Assembly (NCBI GenBank): GCA_043754515.1
Contig: JAYUUO010000126.1
Span: 1-39,239 of the forward strand
Reading direction: 5' to 3'
Length of the DNA: 39,239 bases
From: Armatimonadota bacterium
Lineage (GTDB): Bacteria; Armatimonadota; Armatimonadia; Armatimonadales; Armatimonadaceae
The notes beneath the pieces are model-generated. The model saw only the letters and a list, made by a program, of their open reading frames with translations. It did not search any database and was not told the DNA's origin. Positions within the stretch are counted from its first letter, which is position 1. Every line of letters begins with the position of its first letter. The translations under genes and the position numbers were made by a program. Below are positions 30,435-37,375 of this stretch, piece after piece.

Positions 30435-30469
30435 AAGTGTGGTTTTTTACACGAATCCTTACCACTCAC
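30435..30469 (-). mobile_element. Degenerate copy of the Tn3-family terminal IR
   Basis: AAGTGTGGTTTTTTACACGAATCCTTAC versus AAGTGTGGGTTTTTAACACGAATCCTTAC at 9649-9677; terminal CCCC is degenerate; same orientation. Confidence 0.65.
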
Positions 30470-30542
30470 CGTATACGGTCGGGGCGTGTCGGCTGCCCGC
30501 GCCGCGCGGCGTCCCGTGCCGTCCCGTCCTGGCGAGTCGGAG

Positions 30543-31854
30543 ACCCACGCACATCCCCACCACCGTTTCATTTCGTCTGAGATCTCGGACGAAATGGACC
30601 GGCCCGTCATCAGGGGGATGCCGGCCGAAGCCGCCCCGCCGGACGCCGACACGCTGATCCGCTCGTCGCCGGTGTCGGCCCGCGCCAATGTCGCCATCAC
30701 GGGACGCATACGCAGAAGGCGGGCGCGGTGGATGGCGTCCGGCACCCCGGTGGTTGAGGTTCGCGTCCGTTTCGTCGGCCCGCGTCTCGTCAGACCCCAT
30801 CGCCATGATCCGGTTCAGACTTCGTTCCCGTCACTTGCCTCACGTGCCCCCTTCGTCCCACCCGCCTCCTTTCCTCCTTGCGGCATTGGTCTCTTGGTGG
30901 CGGGCCTGCGAACAACGACACGCACCGGGCGGGATGCTTCGTGGCACCTGGTCACCCGGACCGGGTGTCTGATGCGCGAGAACCTGGCACCCTTTCCCGC
31001 CAGACCGCGAGACCGCGGTCGGGGCCATGTCCGGCTTCCCCGCGTCACCTTCGGCGTGGTCTTGCCGCTACTCGGGCGACCGATGCCGCAAGGAGGAAAG
31101 GAGGCGGGGGCGGGGAACCACGGAACCAAATGGAGGCGGGAAGCGGATGGAGAGGGAGGCACTGGTCCTCCCGGTAGGTCGCCATGCGGAGCTGAGATGC
31201 CTCGCCACGGACGGCCTCCTGGAGTTTGACGACCTGACGCTCAGCTTTCGTGTGGTCGCCGAAGCGTACCATGATCCCGTCATGCAGCCGGGAGAGCAGG
31301 TAGACCTGGCACTCCGATTTCAGCACGGGGACGCGAACGAGTGGCGGTAAGGGCGGCGCGGGGAGACGCCCACGCGCCCGCCCGTAGCCGCGCCGGGGCG
31401 CGGCTGGTCTCCACTTGGAGGGGAAAGCAGAAGAAGCATATTATTCTATGATGTTGATATAAAATGCTTGTAATCCCTTGTAAGAAATAGGGCCCCCAGT
31501 GCAAATCAATTCATCCCGATCGCGGCACCGGGCGCGAGCCGCGCGTCGGACGGCGGTACGGCGGGCGCGGTGACGGGGGGGTGACGATCATGTCAGCCGG
31601 CGCGGGTCGGGAGCGGGGCGTCCGGAACCGCGGCCCCCGACGCGCGGGAGTACCCGCGGCATCCATCCGCAGACGGGGCGCATGAGCGGCATCCGCCCGC
31701 GCCCGTACCGGCGTCCCGACCGCGGTGGCCCGCCTCGCCCAGCGCGGGTATGTCAGATCAACGCGGCTTCGGCCGGCGGCTCCCTGATGAGGGGCCGGGG
31801 GATTTCGTCCGTGATCGCGGACGAAATCGACCGGCGGTGGGGACGTGCGCGGGC
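30543..31854. repeat. Nested inverted repeats: 92-bp outer pair and 31-bp inner pair
   Basis: 30543-30634 vs reverse complement of 31763-31854 (75/92 by manual count, ungapped); 30861-30891 vs reverse complement of 31078-31108 (30/31). Confidence 0.85.
31147..31350 (+). CDS. Small hypothetical protein (67 aa)
   Basis: GGAGG upstream; protein-like composition (DGLLEFDDLTLSFRVVAEAYHDPV), unlike the surrounding R/P/G-rich shadow ORFs. Confidence 0.4.
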   Translation: MEREALVLPVGRHAELRCLATDGLLEFDDLTLSFRVVAEAYHDPVMQPGEQVDLALRFQHGDANEWR

Positions 31855-32123
31855 AGGGAGCCGCCACGGGATGCGGACCCCGGAGCGCGGGAGCCGCCCG
31901 CGCTCGTGGAGTGTCGGGCGCGGGCAGCCCGCCGGAGTCGCCACGCGGCGCGGCGGGGACTACGCGGACGGGCGGTTCGCCCCCGGGCGAGCCGAAGCCG
32001 CGCTGCCCGCCCCCCGCGGTACGGCCGCGCGGTCCCGAGCGGCTGGTGGGCGGTACAGGCGTTACGGGCGGGGTGCCGGAAGTCATAACGGCGACGCCCC
32101 GCCTCGGGCGGCGCATCCCCGGC

Positions 32124-32690
32124 CTATGAAGGACCCCGGGCCGGGCCGACCGTATGCCGGTAGAACGTCGCGCGCGAGACGCCGAGCGTCTTGCAGATCG
32201 CGGCGACGCCCTGGCTCGTGTCGTCGCGTAGCGTCTGCGCGATCTTTTGCTTGCCCACGTCCAGCGCGGCGGGGCGGCCGCCCTGCCGACCCCGCGCCCG
32301 CGCCGCCGCGAGGCCCGCCCGCGTCCGCTCCCGGATCAGCGCGCGCTCGAACTCCGCGAGCGCGCCGAACACATGGAAGACGAGTCTGCCGCCAGGTGTA
32401 GTCGTGTCAATGCTTTCGGTCACGCTCTGGAATCCGACCCCGATCCCCTCGAGTTGCTCTATGACGGCGATGAGATGCTTAAGCGAGCGCCCGACCCGGT
32501 CGAGGCGCCAGACGACGAAGGTATCGCCTACGCGGGCGGCATCGAGCAGGCGCAGTAGTTCCGGGCGGTCGGTCTTGCCGCCCGACGCCTTCTCCTCGTA
32601 AACGCGGTCGCAGCCGGCGCGCTTCAAGGCGTCGCGCTGGAGGTCGAGGTTCTGGTCGTCGGTGCTGACGCGTGCGTATCCGAGTTTCAT
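32124..32690 (-). CDS. Small serine recombinase (Pin/Hin/resolvase family), intact
   Basis: MKLGYARVSTDDQNLDLQ, YEEKASG, VVWRLDRVGRS, IDTTTPGGRLVFHVFGALAEFERALIRERT.AGL.AARARGR.GGRP, HTH LGVSRATFYR; TATAAT 7 nt before ATG 32690. Confidence 0.95.
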   Translation of the reverse strand: MKLGYARVSTDDQNLDLQRDALKRAGCDRVYEEKASGGKTDRPELLRLLDAARVGDTFVVWRLDRVGRSLKHLIAVIEQLEGIGVGFQSVTESIDTTTPGGRLVFHVFGALAEFERALIRERTRAGLAAARARGRQGGRPAALDVGKQKIAQTLRDDTSQGVAAICKTLGVSRATFYRHTVGPARGPS

Positions 32691-32697
32691 GACGCCC

Positions 32698-32862
32698 ATT
32701 ATACCCGGCCGTATCAGAAGTCAGCGCGCCGGGGCGGTTCCGAAACGCTGATAAAGAGACGGTTTTCGGGACGAAAAGGCACCACCGAAGGTACGGATAG
32801 TGCCCCCCTACTTCGCTTCTTTTCGCTTCTTTTCCATCTCATTAACGCCCGTTTTTGAGACG
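32698..32862. promoter_or_regulatory. Promoter and res-like region of the resolvase, with crossover-like site at 32835-32862
   Basis: CATCTCATTAACG-CC-CGTTTTTGAGACG; accessory-like TCCGAAACGCTGATAAAGAGACGGTTTTCGGGACG at ~32739-32773; -10 box at 32698-32703. Confidence 0.7.
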
Positions 32863-32916
32863 AACGGAATAGGCCGGGGAAGGCGGGCGACCTTCCTCGA
32901 CGGTGGCCCCCCGTTC

Positions 32917-33807
32917 TCAGCCGGGGGGCCACTCGGGGAGACTCAAGCCTGCCCGCAAACCCTCCCAGAATAGTGGGTAGTCGAACTCCCGCCCGGTTTG
33001 GCGTAGCACCTCCCGTACGCCTGGTGCCCGGATACTCCCGTACAGTTCGCGCGCCCAATCGCGCACGTCCCGCGCCACCGGATTCGCCTCATACCGCCCC
33101 GCGATCACCGCCCCTTCGGAAATCTCCGCCTCGGTCAGCATCGCGGTAAGGACATACACATCGAACACGTGCTTCCCGCCGTTCGGCTTGGGCGGCAGTT
33201 CGCCCCGCTCGCGTCGGAGCCAGTCGTGGGCGGCGGCCACCTTCATCGTGAGCCAGGCATACGGGTGGGGGACGTGGACCGCCGCGTCGATAGATTCGCC
33301 CCGCGAGTTCGTGCCGGAAACGGGCAGCCGCAGGGGGCTGTCCTCGACCGCGAACGCTTCCGGCGTCTCGCGGCCGTGCAGATCCACCCCCGACCCGGAG
33401 CCGACGCGGCGGCCCTTGACCCGCACCGCCTCGCCCCCCGCCGGGGGGCGGGCGAGCAGGTCTATCTTGACGGTGCGTCCCGCCGCGTCAGGGCCGGAGG
33501 GCTTACCGAACTGCCACCGCGGCGTGTGCTCCTCGTAGCCCAGCCGATCGATGAGAGAACGCACCGCGATCCCCCGTTCTTTCTGGGCGAAGAGAGCCAG
33601 GCGTAAGAAGAAGTCCAGGTCCTGCGTCGCCCGCGCTTCGGGGACGACGGGGAACAGGGTGCCCGCGTCCGTCGCCTCCGAGTGGATCTGCTTGAGGCGC
33701 AGCCCGTACCCGCCGGCCAGTATCAGGCCCTCCGACGCGGGATCGGATAGGATGTCGAGCAGATGCCTGCGGAGGGGGTCGGCCGTTTCATTCATGGTCG
33801 TCATCAA
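32917..33807 (-). CDS. AbiEii-like nucleotidyltransferase, putative type IV TA toxin
   Basis: LILAGGYG...RATQDLDF (pol-beta NTase G-G/DxD), KIDLL, MK..A, K...D.Y.L; ATGA overlap with the upstream gene. Confidence 0.75.
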   Translation of the reverse strand: MMTTMNETADPLRRHLLDILSDPASEGLILAGGYGLRLKQIHSEATDAGTLFPVVPEARATQDLDFFLRLALFAQKERGIAVRSLIDRLGYEEHTPRWQFGKPSGPDAAGRTVKIDLLARPPAGGEAVRVKGRRVGSGSGVDLHGRETPEAFAVEDSPLRLPVSGTNSRGESIDAAVHVPHPYAWLTMKVAAAHDWLRRERGELPPKPNGGKHVFDVYVLTAMLTEAEISEGAVIAGRYEANPVARDVRDWARELYGSIRAPGVREVLRQTGREFDYPLFWEGLRAGLSLPEWPPG

Positions 33808-34871
33808 AAGGTTTCCCCTTTCAGGAAAAGGGCCTCCAGCACCTGCGCGGCTTCCTTCTCGCGCGGGCCGGAGTTAGACAGTTCCACGTAGGCCTGCACG
33901 GGCGACGCCCAGTCCGACGCCCCGTCCGTGCGCGCGTCGAAGTAGACCGCATCGCCGGCCTCTTCGACGATCTCGATGTTAGGGAAGACGCGTCCCGGCG
34001 TTATCCGGAGCAGCGTCTGCGCCTTCTCGAAGTCGTCCACATACAGCGACAGCCTCGCGGCCCCGGAGAGAAGCCCGTACCGCCCGGCGGAACCATCCCC
34101 GGTCGCGACGGCGCGCATCCCCGCCCCCCGCAGGAGCGACCACGCCTCGGAAGGAGGCAGGGTGGTCTTCCCCTCGACGCGCCTGCCGCGCGGCCGGGCG
34201 TAGTTCTGGCGCAGGTTCCGGAGCAGGAGTGCCGGGGAGAGTAGACTCAGCCCCGTCCCGGATCGCACGATGACGCGCTCCTCCTCGAGCACCCGGGCGG
34301 CTTTGGACGCGGTGCTCTTGGCGAGCCGGCTTTCCTTAGAAACCCCGGCGGCGGGGAGGAACCGGTCCAGCACGAAGGCGCGCAGGGCGGTGAGCGACGG
34401 GAAGACGGGCCGCAACAGGAAAGCGCGGGCGAAGAGCGCGCTGCTCCCCCGGTAGACGTTGCGCACCGGCTGCGATTCGCGGAAGCGGTTAGGGTGCCCG
34501 CCGCGCCAGATGGCCATCCCCGGCGCGCGGATCACGCCGTTGCCGCACAGATCGAAGGCACTCATGCCCGCCTCTTCGAGGTGCCGGAGCGATTCTTCGG
34601 GCAGGTAAGGGACGATCACGAGCGGCGACAGGCGGGCCGTCTTCGCGGCCCGCGACGCCTCCGCGACGGCCTGTTCGAGGGCCTTGGGGGCACTGCGGTT
34701 CTTGTAGACATAGGCGAAGTGGGCGGTGGCGTCGCCGAACCGGATCTCCAGGACGCCGCGCGCGTCACCCTCCCGGAGCCGCATCCGCGCGGGGAAGGGG
34801 CCGACGTCCCCGCACCTGAGTTTTTCGGCGAGGACGGCATCGGACCAGGGGGCACTGTAAGCGGTATCCAT
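33804..34871 (-). CDS. AbiEi-like antitoxin/transcriptional regulator (type IV TA)
   Basis: PLVIVPYL......L...G....DLCGN, central HTH-like LAKSTASKAARVLEE, C-terminal SPVQAYVEL...GPR.KEAA..L. Confidence 0.72.
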   Translation of the reverse strand: MDTAYSAPWSDAVLAEKLRCGDVGPFPARMRLREGDARGVLEIRFGDATAHFAYVYKNRSAPKALEQAVAEASRAAKTARLSPLVIVPYLPEESLRHLEEAGMSAFDLCGNGVIRAPGMAIWRGGHPNRFRESQPVRNVYRGSSALFARAFLLRPVFPSLTALRAFVLDRFLPAAGVSKESRLAKSTASKAARVLEEERVIVRSGTGLSLLSPALLLRNLRQNYARPRGRRVEGKTTLPPSEAWSLLRGAGMRAVATGDGSAGRYGLLSGAARLSLYVDDFEKAQTLLRITPGRVFPNIEIVEEAGDAVYFDARTDGASDWASPVQAYVELSNSGPREKEAAQVLEALFLKGETF

Positions 34872-34905
34872 ACGGTTGTGCTATGATACCCCGTTTCGCG
34901 TGATA

Positions 34906-34957
34906 TTTCCAAAAACGGACGTATTTCTATTATCGGAAACACGTCCGTTTTTGGAAA
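34906..34957. promoter_or_regulatory. 17-bp inverted repeat operator upstream of the AbiE-like operon
   Basis: TTTCCAAAAACGGACGT-N18-ACGTCCGTTTTTGGAAA overlapping the -35 position of a TATCAT -10 box (34883-34888, minus strand). Confidence 0.75.
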
Positions 34958-35014
34958 CACGGTTGCTAATGTCGAACGCCCCGCCGCCCCGTCTAGCTCG
35001 ATCCGCTATTGATC

Positions 35015-35042
35015 GGTCTCATTAACGACCGTTTCTGAGACG
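35015..35042. repeat. 28-bp crossover-like site
   Basis: GGTCTCATTAACG-AC-CGTTTCTGAGACG; 24/28 identical to 32835-32862. Confidence 0.8.
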
Positions 35043-35098
35043 GGTGATGCGAGGCAGCGGACGCCCCGTTTGTAGGCTGTGAAGGCGATTGAAGGCGA

Positions 35099-35698
35099 TT
35101 AACGGGAACGTCGCCGCGTGGCGCGATCAAACACGGGCGGCGCGATCCATTCGCCCAGTTCGGCTAGGCGCGATTCGATGGCCGCGCGTGCGGCCTCCGG
35201 AACGGCGCGAGTGGCAAGAACATCGAGCAGTGCCTGACGCTCGGTCTGCCAGCGCAAGCACCGCGCCCGGTGATACGCGAGCGATTCGCGCCAGAGGAGC
35301 AGGTGCTCGCTCGTGTACACGCCGATTTCCGTGAGCGGCGTGAGCGTCCCGTCGTCCCCCGCCCGCAGATGGCGGTCGTGGTCGTCTTCCGCGCGGCAGG
35401 GGTCGAGGAACCGCCGCCCCGCGTCATAGTCGGCGGGTGTTGGCCATGTGTCGCCTTTGTTCTGGTTGCATTCGCCGCAGCACCAATACAGGTTCTCGTA
35501 AACGCTCACGAGGTCGGGCCGGGCGGACGCGCCGGCCTGAGGGCGGTGGTGATCTATCTCCATTCCCGCCTCGCCGCCGACGAAAAATTCGTGCCGCAGG
35601 CAGTACGCGCACCGATGGCGAAAATCGACGCGGAGCAACAGGCGATAGCGGGTGTAGTCGGCGTAGACCCGGCGCGGCACGGAGCGGACGAAGATCAT
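35099..35698 (-). CDS. HNH endonuclease
   Basis: RCAYC...EIDHHRPQ...YENLYWCCGECNQNKG...FLDPC; ATGA overlap with the upstream ORF. Confidence 0.88.
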   Translation of the reverse strand: MIFVRSVPRRVYADYTRYRLLLRVDFRHRCAYCLRHEFFVGGEAGMEIDHHRPQAGASARPDLVSVYENLYWCCGECNQNKGDTWPTPADYDAGRRFLDPCRAEDDHDRHLRAGDDGTLTPLTEIGVYTSEHLLLWRESLAYHRARCLRWQTERQALLDVLATRAVPEAARAAIESRLAELGEWIAPPVFDRATRRRSR

Positions 35699-36117
35699 GG
35701 TACGGAGGCGACCGGCGGCAGGGCTTCGATCTGCCCGCGTAAGCGGGCGAACTCCTCGTCAATGAACCGCGCCGCACGCTCCCGTTGGTCGGCGCGTGGT
35801 GATTCGCGGTCAGCCGCGGCGATGTCGCTGCGCAGGCGATCCCATTCGGACTCTTCTTGAGCCGTCAGCCCCGCGGCCAGTTTTCGGTCCACGAGGGCGT
35901 GATAGCGTGCGAGAGCCCTCCCGTCGAGTGAAACCAATGCCGGAACGTCTTGATTGTGTGCCTCGGCGAGCAAACGCCGAAGCAAATCAGATAAGCCGCC
36001 CTCTTGTCGCTTTCCCCACTCGGCGAGCGATTCGTCTAAATAGACGGTCACCCGCGCGCGCCCGGCGTGCGCGACGGGGCCGCGCCGCCGCGTTAGTGAA
36101 TCCGTCTCTATTTGCAT
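35695..36117 (-). CDS. Putative antitoxin: RHH/CopG-like N-terminus plus helical C-terminus
   Basis: RVTVYLDESLAEWGKRQEGGLSDLLRRLL (strand-helix-helix pattern); RYHALVDRKLAAGLT.QEESE; TATAAT 6 nt before ATG. Confidence 0.6.
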   Translation of the reverse strand: MQIETDSLTRRRGPVAHAGRARVTVYLDESLAEWGKRQEGGLSDLLRRLLAEAHNQDVPALVSLDGRALARYHALVDRKLAAGLTAQEESEWDRLRSDIAAADRESPRADQRERAARFIDEEFARLRGQIEALPPVASVP

Positions 36118-36141
36118 ACCATAATTATACCGTAACAGTGA

Positions 36142-36169
36142 CGTAAAAGAAACTCACGTTAAAGAGACG
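36142..36169. repeat. 28-bp crossover-like site (left arm degenerate)
   Basis: CGTAAAAGAAACT-CA-CGTTAAAGAGACG; reverse complement starts CGTCTCTTTAACG like the other copies. Confidence 0.6.
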
Positions 36170-36289
36170 ATATATGTTTGGTTACTGTAGGCGGCCTTAG
36201 ACGCGGGAACTGCTTCGGGGGGCGTTCGGGGGTCTTCGCCGGCGGTTTTCCGCGCGGGCGTCGGCGGCGTGTCCCGACGCGGCGTCTTT

Positions 36290-36766
36290 CTACGGCTCTT
36301 CCGCCTCCTCCGCTTGCTCTTGCCACGCTCGCGCCTCGTGCTTCTGTACGATGACGTGGAGGGCGAACTTTGCGACGAACCAGAGTGCCGCGAGTGTCGC
36401 CGGGGCGATGAGCACCGACCAGAGCAGGCCGACTACCATAGTCCCTGCTCGCGCCGCGACCGGCGCGTTTACTGGCTCGTGTTCTGATTGGTAGCGCGTG
36501 ACGAAGGCTCCAACCGCCAGGAGGAATAGTACGGCGGTCTCGGTGATGGCTTGCGCGGCAAGTTCGGTGCGACGGGTTAGCGCGAAGTAGCCGAAACCGT
36601 TCCAAAGATTCGGCTCTATCTCGCCCGTCGGCGCGTCGTCCGCGTCGCGTGTGGTTGCCGGTAGTGTTCGCTCTCGCTCCGTTGTCGTGTCGTCGAGATG
36701 CCTCGGCGGCGAAGCGGCGTCCGACGCCGCGCGGGTCGCCCGTTCGCCGAGCGGCAGAGGCGGCAT
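36290..36766 (-). CDS. Hypothetical two-TM membrane protein
   Basis: TGATG coupling with the upstream gene; two hydrophobic segments. Confidence 0.6.
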   Translation of the reverse strand: MPPLPLGERATRAASDAASPPRHLDDTTTERERTLPATTRDADDAPTGEIEPNLWNGFGYFALTRRTELAAQAITETAVLFLLAVGAFVTRYQSEHEPVNAPVAARAGTMVVGLLWSVLIAPATLAALWFVAKFALHVIVQKHEARAWQEQAEEAEEP

Positions 36767-37365
36767 CACGGCGCGGCGTCCTTCGCCGGGTTCGTCGCCA
36801 CGGTCCGGAGCGCGGACAGAACGCGGGCGGCGAGTGTTGAGGCATTCTTTTCCGCGTCGGTATCGCCTTCGTGCGGTTTGATGTAGCGAATGGTTCCATT
36901 CTCGTCTAACGCAAGCAGGCGCGGGCACGGCAGGGCATGGTACAGCGTGTCGGTGACACGCAGGTCGCCGTCGAGCAAAACGGCGGTACGCTTGGTGTCG
37001 AGTCCGGTGGCGCGGGCAAAGGTGCGGGCTTCTTCGGCTTCGTCGCTCTGGTATACGATCACCGTAGCGGCGGTTGTTGGCAGTACGCCTCCACGCTGAA
37101 ACCTGCCCCAGTGGGTTGCAACGGCGTGGCAGGCAGGACAACCGCAAAAGAAAAACAACGCGACTGGGCGTTTGGCAACGACAAACTCGGACAGTTTGCG
37201 TTTTATGCTGGTGTTCGCGTCGGACAGCGTGAAGTCTGGCGCGGCGGAACCGATGATAGGTAACTCGCTAGGCGGCGCGGCGTTGCTAACTTGTCCTGCT
37301 TGTACCGGCACGGCGAGCGGGAAGAGGATGGAAAGAACAAGGGATAACAGTCGCGGCGGCGTCAT
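36766..37365 (-). CDS. Exported redoxin (AhpC/TSA-TlpA-like thioredoxin fold)
   Basis: Signal peptide; IGSAAPDFTLSD, FFCGCPAC, LLD.D..V....Y.A..CP....LDENG.IRY. Confidence 0.8.
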   Translation of the reverse strand: MTPPRLLSLVLSILFPLAVPVQAGQVSNAAPPSELPIIGSAAPDFTLSDANTSIKRKLSEFVVAKRPVALFFFCGCPACHAVATHWGRFQRGGVLPTTAATVIVYQSDEAEEARTFARATGLDTKRTAVLLDGDLRVTDTLYHALPCPRLLALDENGTIRYIKPHEGDTDAEKNASTLAARVLSALRTVATNPAKDAAP

Positions 37366-37375
37366 GGCGGATTGA

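Noticed and set aside
9647..30469. The two Tn3-type IRs as the ends of one canonical transposon
   Set aside because: They are in the same orientation rather than inverted, and no target duplication was seen
31784..31826. Hammerhead ribozyme-like words CTGATGA ... GGACGAAA (also in the 30571-30613 copy, minus strand)
   Set aside because: Bases after CTGATGA cannot pair with those before GAAA to form stem II, and the GAAA is sequestered in a palindrome. An Rfam scan would settle it.
30389..32129. Long R/P/G-rich ORFs (30396-31229, 31511-32116, 31682-32401 and others)
   Set aside because: Low-complexity translations typical of GC-rich non-coding DNA; they overlap the inverted repeats on both strands
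35099..35698. HNH as part of a retron, Septu or restriction system
   Set aside because: No reverse transcriptase, AAA ATPase or methyltransferase in the module or nearby
36150..36162. AAACTCACGTTAA matches the inner part of the classical Tn3 IR
   Set aside because: No GGGG terminus at the expected distance; better explained as part of the 28-bp dyad
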